A stretch of 50,953 nt of DNA from an uncultured virus (IMG/VR IMGVR_UViG_2860317346_000001) (IMGVR_UViG_2860317346_000001:124001-174953); one strand, 5' to 3'. Positions 18,062 to 28,599 are shown, numbered from the stretch's first letter. The notes: generated by a model from the letters alone, not told the origin. Program-made: numbers and translations.

Positions 18062-18325
18062 CGGCGTGTAGTTCAGAGGTAGAACAGTGGACTGTAGAGT
18101 GTATGGAATCACAATCTAATCAAAAGTATAAATCTAAATCTAAATATAACGAAAAATTAAAATTAAAAGTAAGAAGATAAATGTAGATATGAATCGAAGT
18201 AATGAATTGCTATTTATTATGTTCGTACAAACATAAAAATCATAGTTAAATTAAATAATGTTTCAAACAGTGATTCTATACATGCAGAAATCCACATGTC
18301 ACCGGTTCAAGTCCGGTCACGCCGA
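18062..18325 (+). tRNA. tRNA-Tyr(GTA) with 192-nt BHB intron (18098-18289)
   Basis: Exons form a full cloverleaf; helix CTGT/GCAG with AGA and AAA bulges; 14-bp intron stem. Confidence 0.9.
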
Positions 18326-18341
18326 CTTCTGTTATTACTTT

Positions 18342-18474
18342 TGACGTGTACCCTCAAAGGTAGAGGGGCTGATGCCGATATAATGTCCTAGACGCTAGAA
18401 CGTAGAACGTAACTAGTGCGCGTGGCATGAATCAAACCAGCAGGTTATAGGTTCAAGTCCTATCACGTCAACCA
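18342..18474 (+). tRNA. tRNA-like RNA with ~60-nt anticodon insertion and encoded CCA; isotype unclear
   Basis: TGACGTG/CACGTCA-ACCA; T arm ATAGG-TTCAAGT-CCTAT; no clean BHB. Confidence 0.65.
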
Positions 18475-18479
18475 TTTTC

Positions 18480-18613
18480 CGGCGCGTAGCTCAACAAGGT
18501 AGAGTAGCGGTGGGTTGTAATATACGTGTTTCCCGCGATTCGTAATCTACGGTTACGTGGGATAGCGTGTACGTAGATACCGCAGGTTGCAGGTTCAATT
18601 CCTGTCGCGTCGA
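18480..18613 (+). tRNA. tRNA-like RNA with long hairpin insertion in the anticodon loop; isotype unclear
   Basis: CGGCGCG/CGCGTCG; anticodon stem GCGGT/ACCGC; T arm GCAGG-TTCAATT-CCTGT. Confidence 0.7.
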
Positions 18614-18663
18614 CCTTTTCTTTAAATATTATGGTGTATTAGCGTTAGCTATGGTGGTTATAT

Positions 18664-19116
18664 ATGATTAGAATTAGTGAAATTGAGAAACACGCTACAC
18701 CTGTATCGGCTGATAAAGCTAGAGAGGTGTGGAATGCTATACATGACTCAGGTGTTCCCATCGAGATATCTAACGAACTAAAAACTAAATTAGTTGCGGC
18801 TATGCTCGATAAAGGGTTCAAACCGTGTGGTAAAAATGAATACTACATCGATGCGACTGAAACACTAAACAAAGAATTCTACGATATGGTGTGTAAAAAA
18901 TACAAACACCAAGACGTGGATATATCGGCTGTTTACAGTATGGTAGCATTCACTAACGATACGTTTGTATCAAATGACATTACGATTACCGAGGTTGGAA
19001 GAAACGGTGACCATACATTTCCAATGTTAACGAATAAATGCGGTATGAGTATCGTTTATGATTTCGTTAAAGTTGATGTATTCGCCGAAAAATTCGGTGA
19101 TAAATATGGAAACTAG
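18664..19116 (+). CDS. Hypothetical protein
   Basis: ORF with GGTGG RBS. Confidence 0.75.
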   Translation: MIRISEIEKHATPVSADKAREVWNAIHDSGVPIEISNELKTKLVAAMLDKGFKPCGKNEYYIDATETLNKEFYDMVCKKYKHQDVDISAVYSMVAFTNDTFVSNDITITEVGRNGDHTFPMLTNKCGMSIVYDFVKVDVFAEKFGDKYGN

Positions 19117-19696
19117 TATTAACGTAGCGTTCCCCTTTGATATCGAAATACGAGGGAAAATGTTCGTGGTTGACTGCATCGGTGGAACAATCACTTGTGA
19201 TGGTGAAAATGTCACACTTGCTCAGCTTCTATTCTGGTACCATAATAATCGAGACTGGGTTGTTGTAACCGAAGATAAACGATTGCGATTCAGCAAACGA
19301 AAATCGTTTAAAACTATGTCCGAAGCGGTATCTAAAATGGAGTATTTCGTTGCTATGTATGCTGATAACGATGGTGTGCATTTGTTTTCATATAAATCCG
19401 AACCTAAAGCGTTGAAAGCGTTAGAACAATTTCTTGATTACTGTATAGATAGTGGTATATCCACATCGAACAGAATATCCGATAACGTATTTCTCAACTG
19501 GTTAGATACGTATGCTAACACAGTTTCATTTAATTCATTTTCACTATCAGGTGTATTACTAACTATCGACTGCAGGTCCGATGATAGTCAGAAATACGTA
19601 TCCGTTAGACGAAACGTTTATAAGTATCTCGAAAAAATATCGGGTTACGTGGAAAATAGAGGTGTCGAACCTTTTGAATTACGACTGGTGGAATGA
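19106..19696 (+). CDS. Hypothetical protein
   Basis: GGTGA RBS before ATG 19106. Confidence 0.75.
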   Translation: METSINVAFPFDIEIRGKMFVVDCIGGTITCDGENVTLAQLLFWYHNNRDWVVVTEDKRLRFSKRKSFKTMSEAVSKMEYFVAMYADNDGVHLFSYKSEPKALKALEQFLDYCIDSGISTSNRISDNVFLNWLDTYANTVSFNSFSLSGVLLTIDCRSDDSQKYVSVRRNVYKYLEKISGYVENRGVEPFELRLVE

Positions 19697-20583
19697 TGGA
19701 AGCTTTCAGAGTTGGAACCAAGTGTGTGTTTGAGAATTGTATCGACGGTGAGATATTAACTACACCAGAAAAGTTTGGGTTCCTGAAAAGTGACATTAAC
19801 GTGAAAACACTCAATTTAAAACCGGAAGATGTTGTTAAAAGTTTATGGCTACGATATAACGGGTTACAATCAGACATTCACATCTTATCTGATGACATTG
19901 GTAACGCCCTTGAATGTTCACACGAACACTACATTGGAGCCGAACCGACGATACTGCATCTTACACGGTCATCACATAGTATCGTACGAATGGTTGAAAA
20001 ACCAGTGCGATATCACGTCGTTAAGATGTGTGGTGCTGATAAACCCGAATTTATAGCAACCGGTGTGTCATCACACGCTGATAAGACACCGGGTGACATG
20101 GACATTACAAACATCGGTTTGGTTGGGTGTATGCGTTTAAATCGTAACGTACATTACGGTGACATTGAATTAGTAACTAAATCGGGTAATTGTTATCTCG
20201 ATTTAACCGGTGTTGATGTCGCTAAACTTGAGGTTAGAACACAAACCGGTGACATTCATTTGAAGTTATCTAACTCGGAAAGTTTGTATTATATTAATTT
20301 ATATACAAAATCAGGTAATATATACGTTGAATTCGAAAACGACTCCGAGCAACGTGTATTTATGTCACTGTCGGCTGGAAGCGGTAACGTAACTTTCGTA
20401 ACGGGTAGCGAGTGTATATTATCCACTTCACCTACGACCGATATTACAAAACATTCCGGGTTTAAACGAACACGAGATTTAAAATTCGCGAATGGTAATC
20501 TGACTAAAGCGGAACGTAGATATGATGTTCAAATTAAAGTACACGCCCCGATTGGGGCACTAACGTGTATGAGTAAGATATAA
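19693..20583 (+). CDS. DUF4097-like beta-strand repeat protein
   Basis: Repeats TKSGNCYL, TQTGDIHL, TKSGNIYV, AGSGNVTF. Confidence 0.6.
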   Translation: MMEAFRVGTKCVFENCIDGEILTTPEKFGFLKSDINVKTLNLKPEDVVKSLWLRYNGLQSDIHILSDDIGNALECSHEHYIGAEPTILHLTRSSHSIVRMVEKPVRYHVVKMCGADKPEFIATGVSSHADKTPGDMDITNIGLVGCMRLNRNVHYGDIELVTKSGNCYLDLTGVDVAKLEVRTQTGDIHLKLSNSESLYYINLYTKSGNIYVEFENDSEQRVFMSLSAGSGNVTFVTGSECILSTSPTTDITKHSGFKRTRDLKFANGNLTKAERRYDVQIKVHAPIGALTCMSKI

Positions 20584-20594
20584 ATAGTGTATAC

Positions 20595-20683
20595 GATGGC
20601 GTTTATTTACGGGCACAGTTACTCCGAAATTACGCCATTCATGCAATCGGTTCGGTTCATTGCCGAACTGCCCGTCCTTTTTT
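20595..20683 (+). ncRNA. Intergenic pseudoknot-like element
   Basis: 20596-602/20632-38 crosses 20609-15/20669-75; inner hairpin 20650-68; T-tract. Confidence 0.4.
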
Positions 20684-20725
20684 AACGATTAACAAAATTT
20701 ACAACATATTTGATAGGTGGTCTAC

Positions 20726-21259
20726 ATGGAAAATGGTACTATAAACGATGTTACAGCGAAATTATTAGCAGGTTTCGATGAAAAATGTAAACAATTAAAC
20801 GAATTACACACAAATATAGCCGTACACAAGGAGATTCTCTTATCTACAGGTATAGCACCCGAAATCGTTAATAAAATAATGAAAGGTATATCGTTAGGGT
20901 TTGTACCGAGTTCGGAACCAACGGTACATACAGATTGTATCATTGACGTTAAAACCAACGAAGAAATTGAGCTTGACACTATAAAATACGATGATACTAT
21001 CGTACATGGTGTGTTTTCGTATAGAACGGATAATACCCTACCTTACGCTTTAAACTCACCCGGTTTATCTGCTGCGATGTTGAACAAAAATAGGAGTACG
21101 TACCTCAAAGTTAGTGAAGTTAGTGCTGTTTTAGGTGTATCACAACATAAAATCAGGAAGTGGTTACGAGAAAATAAAATGGCTGGCTTCAAAGCTAGAT
21201 TTTTGAATCTATGGTTCGTACCAAGAACCGAAGTTGAAAGAATTATCGGGATTATTTAA
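20726..21259 (+). CDS. Protein with C-terminal excisionase/MerR-type HTH
   Basis: YLKVSEVSAVLGVSQHKIRKWLRE...WFVPRTEVE. Confidence 0.75.
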   Translation: MENGTINDVTAKLLAGFDEKCKQLNELHTNIAVHKEILLSTGIAPEIVNKIMKGISLGFVPSSEPTVHTDCIIDVKTNEEIELDTIKYDDTIVHGVFSYRTDNTLPYALNSPGLSAAMLNKNRSTYLKVSEVSAVLGVSQHKIRKWLRENKMAGFKARFLNLWFVPRTEVERIIGII

Positions 21260-21267
21260 GTGAAATC

Positions 21268-22080
21268 ATGTACGTACACGGTGTATCTGATTTTGAAGTT
21301 GAACGCACTGAATTCACTTTAAATCAAACACGGAAAAGCTGTGATGTTATCATTGACACACTTGGTTCGGATATTACAGTTATGGTGGACCCGAATATCG
21401 ATAATCCGATTGAAGGTTACGCTGAATATATAAAATATCCAACACAGGCAACGTGTGGTGATAGAAGCTACGGTATACACGAGCTTACACCATGTCCTGT
21501 TGCTAAAATGGACTACTTCAATAATTTCGAGTACTACATGATGGCAAACGGTTACGCTTATGCTAATCAGGTGCGATATAATAGAGTCCCTGTTCGTGGT
21601 TTAGAAACGATTATACGAATTAACCCGAACGTTAAATTCGGATTCGTTAAAATACATACAGCCGGTGGTAACGTTAGAGCCGATTTAACCGATGTACATT
21701 ACCGTGAACTTAAAATCGAAGCCGACCACGGTAGTGTTGACGTTATTATGAATGACGCTAACTGTACAAGTGGTAAGTTTAAATCGTATATTGTAGGTAA
21801 TCGTGATGTTAAAGTCGTTGCGACCCATGATATGCCCGACTACCGAAACATGATAATTTCCGGGGGTTCAATCGATTATGATATCACCGGTAAATGCAGC
21901 ATGTGGGCTAGAGTATACCACATTTACGGTAAAATCATGTTCAACGATGAACAGGTAAATGATTCAATGCGAACTAATTTTGCTAACGTTGATTACGATG
22001 GCGTAGATATAACATACGATTACCGACAGGTAACGGAATTACAAGCCGAAGAACACGTTTACGTACATGGCAGGAGATGA
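21268..22080 (+). CDS. DUF4097-like beta-repeat protein, probable paralogue of 19693-20583
   Basis: RINPNVKFG..TAGGNVRADLT matches RLNRNVHYG..TKSGNCYLDLT. Confidence 0.6.
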   Translation: MYVHGVSDFEVERTEFTLNQTRKSCDVIIDTLGSDITVMVDPNIDNPIEGYAEYIKYPTQATCGDRSYGIHELTPCPVAKMDYFNNFEYYMMANGYAYANQVRYNRVPVRGLETIIRINPNVKFGFVKIHTAGGNVRADLTDVHYRELKIEADHGSVDVIMNDANCTSGKFKSYIVGNRDVKVVATHDMPDYRNMIISGGSIDYDITGKCSMWARVYHIYGKIMFNDEQVNDSMRTNFANVDYDGVDITYDYRQVTELQAEEHVYVHGRR

Positions 22081-22349
22081 TAACGATGAAATACATTATA
22101 ACTGAAGAAAACCTTAGAAACTTAGAAGACATATTAACGGACGAACAGTTTGACCAACTTGCGTGTGCTAACGCTAGACACGGTGCGGTATTGAAAATAA
22201 ACTGGCCAGATTCACAATTATGTACAGTTTGTCAGAATGCATGTTTTGGTTCAGATGACCAAACGTGTTACTGTGATGCGTCCATGACAGGACCTAACGG
22301 TATGGAATGTCCAGACTACATTGAAAAGGATAACGATAACGTACGATAA
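22077..22349 (+). CDS. Cys-rich small protein
   Basis: CTVCQNAC...C.C...CPDY. Confidence 0.7.
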   Translation: MITMKYIITEENLRNLEDILTDEQFDQLACANARHGAVLKINWPDSQLCTVCQNACFGSDDQTCYCDASMTGPNGMECPDYIEKDNDNVR

Positions 22350-22397
22350 TGTTCGTTAAACTATTTATATTATCTATTATTTTTTTACGGTGATACT

Positions 22398-22664
22398 ATG
22401 TTACTTGGTAAACGAATCACCGCTGGTTTCTTTCTCATCGATGACGATGACGTTGAAAAGGTTCACGACCAACTAAAGAAATACGATTTCGAAACTTATC
22501 TAGTTGGTATTTATCCGTATTTTACAACGGGTCGAAAAGTCTGGTTTTTGTGTAACGCAGACGTATCAATCGTTGAACAGGCGGTAAAAGAAATTGCGAC
22601 ACTATTTGGCAATATTAACTTTAAAATCAAAGATTACACCTCAACGACAGGTGCGATATACTGA
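22398..22664 (+). CDS. Hypothetical protein
   Basis: GGTGA RBS. Confidence 0.7.
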   Translation: MLLGKRITAGFFLIDDDDVEKVHDQLKKYDFETYLVGIYPYFTTGRKVWFLCNADVSIVEQAVKEIATLFGNINFKIKDYTSTTGAIY

Positions 22665-22674
22665 TGTGATTATC

Positions 22675-22935
22675 ATGGTTAAATTATGTCTGTTGAACAT
22701 CGAATGTAAACCCGACGGTGCTAACCCTCATTGTATCACGGCTCTTTTAAAGGCATACACGGGTGAATGTTGGTTTATATCGATGGTCGATAAAACGGTT
22801 CAACTTTTAGTTGCTGGCTACGAGGTTGATTCTGTTCCAACGGATATCATTGGAACATTATTAGGTGCTAAACGAATTACTATAAACGAATTTGTACCTG
22901 GACAACAAAAAACGGTAGAGATTTCTAATGAATAG
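22675..22935 (+). CDS. Hypothetical protein
   Basis: Fills the operon gap. Confidence 0.6.
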   Translation: MVKLCLLNIECKPDGANPHCITALLKAYTGECWFISMVDKTVQLLVAGYEVDSVPTDIIGTLLGAKRITINEFVPGQQKTVEISNE

Positions 22936-23368
22936 ATTTTACCGTGAGTTTGAAGGAAAATACATCAACATGAAAGTGAAATCTACATTTCCACGAATTG
23001 GTGGTTTAGAAATGCATATTATCGGATATTACGATGACGTATTCGATAATAACTGGCGACACGACAGATTTAGAACTAATATCGCTAGACGGTATGCATT
23101 GGATAAAGCTGTAGACAGAATACCCGAATTATCGGGTACGGGAATTTTAATTGACATCGCAAACGGCTATTATGACGTTGAAGTAGCTGATGATGATTGT
23201 GTTATAGTCGGATACACTAAACACGGATTCGTTGCGGTTAACTACGGTGACCTTCGAAATTTAGACGGAAGTGTACCCGATTTCTGTCATTTCATTAGAG
23301 CAACGGACTCCGATGAATTTTTCGATGTAGATTTAGTTAGAAAATTGAACATGTGTGTTACTGTATGA
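22928..23368 (+). CDS. Hypothetical protein
   Basis: Overlapping operon ORF. Confidence 0.7.
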   Translation: MNRFYREFEGKYINMKVKSTFPRIGGLEMHIIGYYDDVFDNNWRHDRFRTNIARRYALDKAVDRIPELSGTGILIDIANGYYDVEVADDDCVIVGYTKHGFVAVNYGDLRNLDGSVPDFCHFIRATDSDEFFDVDLVRKLNMCVTV

Positions 23369-23591
23369 AAGCGGTTGATAAATTTATAAGCCGGTTCAAA
23401 ACGGTTGATATGTTCAGTAAAGTAAATTTCTTTTATTTAGCGTACCTATTCGTCGGAATAGCTGCGTACGAATATTACATAGGAAATTATTTCGAATACG
23501 GCGGTTGTACGTTTATAGCTGGAACCTGCATGGCTTCAGCGGTGTCGTTGACCATTCTCGTACTTAAAGATGAATAAAATATGGTGAAAAC

Positions 23592-25100
23592 ATGGAAAGT
23601 TATAAAGTTAAAAACTTCATCAAGGCGATAGCCGAGAAGCTCTTACCGGGATTAGTCGACTCGTACAAGTTTACGCATTTTTTAGGTTATCCACCGGATA
23701 CCGAGTATGTATACCTGTACATGATGGCCCGACCTAACAGTGAAATGACCAAATCGGAACAAGTCGTGTTTTTCGGACTGCAGTACTACATCAAGGAATA
23801 CCTTGAAGGTGTAGTAGTAACGCACGAAATGATTGACGAGTTAGCTCCAATGATAAGAGCTTACGGATACCCACAATTTAACGAAGAAGGTTGGAGATAC
23901 ATTGTTGACAACCACGGTGGAAAGTTACCGGTTGAAATTAAAGCGGTACCGGAAGGAAGCTACGTTAATAGGGGTAACGTGTTGATGTCAATTGTCAATA
24001 CCGACCCGAAATGTTACTGGTTACCATCATACTTGGAAACGTTGTTGCTAGAGATGTGGTACACCTGTACAGTGGCAACCCACGCTAAAGAACTTAGAAG
24101 CTTAATCGAACCTTACGTGCAGGAATCATGTGACGATTTATTCGACATCAACTTCAAAGTGCACAATTTCGGTGCGAGGGCTGGACCAGCTCCTGAAGCC
24201 ACGAGACTTGCAGGTATGGCGCACTTAACGTCATTCGTTGGAACTGATACCTTCGATAGCGTTTATGCTGCGAAAAAGTATTACAACGAGGATAACGCCG
24301 GTATTTCAATCAGCGCGGCAGAACACAGTACCATCACATCATGGGGTACTGGTAAAGCTAACGAAACCGCAGCGTACGCTAACATGCTTGATAAATTCGG
24401 ACACGAGCCGTTGTTCGCTTGTGTTAGTGATTCATACGATTACGAGTATGCAGTTGAGCACATCTGACTCGGTGAGTTAAAAGAAAAATTGTTATCTGTA
24501 CCAGCAAAGCTTATCATAAGACCTGACAGTGGTGACCCTGTACAATCAACGATATTCGCCGTTGATATGATACTTGAAAAACTTGGGTACGAATACAACC
24601 AAAAAGGCTACAAAATAGCTAAAGGTGACAAAGCCGGTGTTATACTTGGTGATTCTGTAACACCTAGAGTTATTCAAGAAGTTATGTCGTACTTAATGGA
24701 AAACAAAATCAGTGCGTCGATGGTTAACTTCGGTATGGGTGGTGCACTAATGACTGGTGATAAAACCAGAGATACATACGGTTTCACAATGAAGTGTTCA
24801 GCTGTATGTAGGGATGGTAGCTGGTATGAGTGTTTCAAGATGCCTAAAGGTAGTGCATTCAAAACTTCACTTGGTGGTATGTTCCACGTTGTTAAAGACA
24901 TGGGATTCTATCACACTACGGTTAATCATACCGATGAAGAATGCGACGAATTACAAACTGTATTCAAAAATGGTGTTATTGTAAGAAACGAAACGTTAAC
25001 CAACATCAGAAACAGGTTAAGTAGTGAAATAATTCTCGGTATGAGTAGGACCGATAAAGAAGCTAGAGAAGTTCCAACCGAAGTGGCGCAACCGTGTTAA
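23592..25100 (+). CDS. nadV: Nicotinamide phosphoribosyltransferase interrupted by in-frame TGA at 24465-24467
   Basis: DSYK, FFGLQY, HNFGARA, AAEHS, VSDSYD, IRPDSGD, FGMGG; both ORFs are in the same frame. Confidence 0.85.
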
Positions 25101-25918
25101 TTACACGAGCCGAACCCGAAATCGTTAGAATCTACATGGAAGGTGAAGAACTTGACGGTGGTGTATATTATAGGACTAATTGCCCAGGTTCAGTAATACG
25201 GGCTGAATGTGAAAAAGCTGCCTACGACCACAGTGAACTTCTGAAAACCCTGAGAGCTAAAGGTTATGTATTCAACCACGTAGATATTGAAGAATACATG
25301 TGCGAATTAAAATGCGATTAACGTACCGTTCTTGTACGCAAATCATTTATTTAACTTTTTTAGGTGTTTAATTGTGAATTTCATAAAAGAATGCGTTATC
25401 GACGCTATGCTGAAACAGAATCCGACGTTAACCGAATCGGAAGCTACTATTTTATTCTACAAGAACGATGTACATAAATTAATTGAATTAAATGATAAAA
25501 CGCCGTTAGATTTACTTGTTGAAGCAGCACTGCAGAATTAAAACGTAACGGGTGGTTACAATGATAGAATGGGGATATAAACATACAGAAACATACACAC
25601 GATTACCAAATGGTGGATATGGAGATAGAGATTGCTATCCAGTTGAACCGAAAAAGAAAAGTAAACACATGATGAAATGTTTACGGGATGCGGGTTACAG
25701 GGACGAAAAAGTGATAAGATGAGTTTGATTGTATTACCAAACGATGTCACGTTAAAATTAAGAACCTTACAAAACCCCGAAGTAAAAAAGATGCATACCA
25801 TGTGTCGGCATTTACATTCGGATATGTATAAGGTTACAAACGAAGTGTCGCGACTTGTACTTGAACACGCTTTTGAAGAAACACGAACAGCATTAATCGA
25901 TATTGTGAGGAATATGTA

Positions 25919-26458
25919 ATGAAAACTGAAAATTATGATAAAAACCTTAATATACTTAACGTGATGAACGAATGGGTTAAAGCGAATTTTACTAAAGCTA
26001 GTATTGAAATAGCTTCAAATACCGTAGTGTATAATGTACCACAAGGTAAAATATGCGTAGCATTAGCTAATGGTGAAATTGGATTGGGTTGCGACTTTGG
26101 AACAATTGTATCACCACGAGCTGACGAACATACGCTTAAATTATTCAAGAAAATAATGGATTCTTGTGCTACCTTAGATGTATATGATAATTACATTATA
26201 GAGTTAAGCGAACTTAAGTTAAAACCTAGTACGTTGAGCCTCGAATTGTTTAACGATGTAAATGCGATTCAAAAACTTGATGAAGGTGACGGTAGATTAA
26301 TTACCGCACTTGACAGTGCTGATGTAGCTATTCAAACTTCATTAGAGAGATGTAGAAATTTACGAGACACTGCGTCACGAACACTCAGTGGTATTTTTAA
26401 TTCTATACCCGGTGATGGTTATAAAATAGCACCGGCTAAACATATAAAACGATCTTAA
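25919..26458 (+). CDS. Hypothetical protein
   Basis: Long ORF, GAGG RBS. Confidence 0.75.
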   Translation: MKTENYDKNLNILNVMNEWVKANFTKASIEIASNTVVYNVPQGKICVALANGEIGLGCDFGTIVSPRADEHTLKLFKKIMDSCATLDVYDNYIIELSELKLKPSTLSLELFNDVNAIQKLDEGDGRLITALDSADVAIQTSLERCRNLRDTASRTLSGIFNSIPGDGYKIAPAKHIKRS

Positions 26459-26472
26459 GTATAGGTGATGTA

Positions 26473-27414
26473 GTGAACCCACGTAACGCATGCATGGGTG
26501 GATTTGGTAAATGTCTCGATGTGTATTTTACACCTCATTGTAATGGTAGTTGTAAATTCTGCATCGAATCCAACGGTTATAAACCAGAACCACTACGTAC
26601 CAACGTAGATGCTATGATTAAAGCGACAAACGCATTACCATCGTATCACGATATATTGATACTTGGTGGTGAACCAACGACAAATATGTCAGAATTGATG
26701 TATTATCTTCGTGGTATCCATAGGCGTGGTAAGAATTTGTTTCTTACAACGAATGGAAGTCATCTTACGGTTGAAAATGCAGCTTTTTTGTCGATATACC
26801 TTAAAGCTATCAACATTTCGATACACCACCACGATATGGCGCAAAATAAAGACATTACCGGCGTTGAATTAAACGTGGAAAACTTACGTAAATGTGTAAA
26901 TATGTTTACGTCGCATAACGTTGATGTTAGGGTTAACTGCAATCTCATACCCGGTTATATTGACAATAAAGAAGATGTACACGCGATGGAAAAATTCGCG
27001 TATAACATCGGTGCGACAGCAATCAAATTCTCGGAACTGCAGCACTGTGATGAATACGCTGATGCTAAAAACTGTTTCGATTACCCGTTAAGCGATGACC
27101 CGTTCAAACAAGGTTGTCAAGTGACGTTTAATGGTAAACATATACCTATAACTGTACACCAGACCTGTGGGTTCGTAAATAAAAACAAACCCAGACCAAA
27201 TTACAAAGGTCCGTCGTATTCACGAACAAAAGTTCTATACTACAACGGTAAAGTGTATGATGGTTGGGTATCGTACAAAAAACAGGATTCGGATAACGAA
27301 TTGATGCATATAGTGGATGGTATTGCGAAGAAAACGCCGATACCCGCTAGTGATGAAAACGAATCACCGTATGAATGCCACAACCGTATAAGGGGCTGCT
27401 TCAGTTGCCACTAA
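26473..27414 (+). CDS. Radical SAM protein
   Basis: CNGSCKFC (CxxxCxxC), ILGGEPT, LTTNG, NISIH. Confidence 0.9.
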   Translation: MNPRNACMGGFGKCLDVYFTPHCNGSCKFCIESNGYKPEPLRTNVDAMIKATNALPSYHDILILGGEPTTNMSELMYYLRGIHRRGKNLFLTTNGSHLTVENAAFLSIYLKAINISIHHHDMAQNKDITGVELNVENLRKCVNMFTSHNVDVRVNCNLIPGYIDNKEDVHAMEKFAYNIGATAIKFSELQHCDEYADAKNCFDYPLSDDPFKQGCQVTFNGKHIPITVHQTCGFVNKNKPRPNYKGPSYSRTKVLYYNGKVYDGWVSYKKQDSDNELMHIVDGIAKKTPIPASDENESPYECHNRIRGCFSCH

Positions 27415-27664
27415 CGGTAATTTATATAAAATACCACAAAATACCAACATTTGGTGTTACACGTGATGTGGTATGAAATTATAATAATCTTTTTTGTGTT
27501 ACTTATTAGCGCGATACAAGGCGTTCGTCTGTATTGTGCGATTAAACGACATTCTAAATAATTCTATTTTGCGATGACACGTTTAACGGTTAGCGTTGAG
27601 CATAAACAACTTACGTATTTTCAACAAACCCAAAACAAACTTAACAAATAAACGGGGCGATACT

Positions 27665-27871
27665 ATGTATTCGACTACTGTAAAAGAAATGGAAGCTATG
27701 GTTTACCGTGAAATAGAGGTAACTATGGAAGCCTACGAGTTTACGCTCGACAGTACAACGATTGTAAATTCGTTGTATAACTTGTTAAACTCGTTAGATT
27801 CAATGGACGTTAACGCAGCGTTACAGAGATTGAATATGATTGTTAGTAAACGGTCGACGTTACTCGGATAA
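27665..27871 (+). CDS. Small hypothetical protein
   Basis: GGGGCGA RBS-like sequence before ATG 27665. Confidence 0.55.
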   Translation: MYSTTVKEMEAMVYREIEVTMEAYEFTLDSTTIVNSLYNLLNSLDSMDVNAALQRLNMIVSKRSTLLG

Positions 27872-27971
27872 TGGTTTACTCTGCGATGATGAAACGGACA
27901 CAAACGTATCGGAGCAGTTATCGACATTAAACAAAACCTAAAAAACTAAAATTGTAAAACTTGGTGAAACT

Positions 27972-28499
27972 ATGAACGGTGAACAACTCTTAGACGCAGT
28001 GTTTGGTAAAATGACTGACGATGAAAAAATGGACAAATCCGAAGTAGCTAAAATCGACGGCGGTAAAAGATACAAATTTGGTATACACGGTAGAATGTTA
28101 GAAGGCGACAAACACTTCAGTGCATCATGTATTGGGCATTTAGAGAAAATGTTATCATTAGATGAATCCGATTTAAGTACCATGAAACACGTTGACACGC
28201 TTATCGAAGGTGCAAAAATCATCAGAGTTATCGGAACAAAACTTGCAAGTGGCGAAACCGTAGATGCGCAAACCACAAAAGAAAAATCAATTGTAGGAAC
28301 CATTAACAGTTTACTGAAAGCTGGTGTAACTCCTGACGAAATGATACCATGCAGACACTTGAACATGGCTCAGAAAAGCGGATACAACAGTTTTGTAATT
28401 AACCTTACAATCAACGAAGGCGAAACACCTGAAGAAAAAGAAGTAGCTAAATACCTTGGTGACTTGTACAGCACCGTGTTCCCTAATTTGAAATTCTAA
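27972..28499 (+). CDS. Hypothetical protein, paralogue of 9569-10138
   Basis: Shared motifs as listed for 9569. Confidence 0.85.
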   Translation: MNGEQLLDAVFGKMTDDEKMDKSEVAKIDGGKRYKFGIHGRMLEGDKHFSASCIGHLEKMLSLDESDLSTMKHVDTLIEGAKIIRVIGTKLASGETVDAQTTKEKSIVGTINSLLKAGVTPDEMIPCRHLNMAQKSGYNSFVINLTINEGETPEEKEVAKYLGDLYSTVFPNLKF

Positions 28500-28599
28500 T
28501 TTCAAATTAACTTCTTTTACTTTATTTACAACACAAGTCGATCGTTATAGGGGGTTATTATATACAAAGCGATAGTATATTTAATGTACGAAACGTGAT

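Noticed and set aside
18098..18289. C/D box guide RNA or mini-CRISPR inside the tRNA-Tyr intron
   Set aside because: No RTGATGA or CTGA boxes and no regular repeat-spacer pattern
20590..20640. Fluoride riboswitch
   Set aside because: Only GATGGCGTT resembles the consensus; the P1 stem and the CUxAUGA segment are absent
24465..24467. Element-wide TGA recoding or selenocysteine
   Set aside because: Many genes end in TGA with ATGA overlaps; the position is Trp in homologues, not Cys; no SECIS or UCA-anticodon tRNA was recognised
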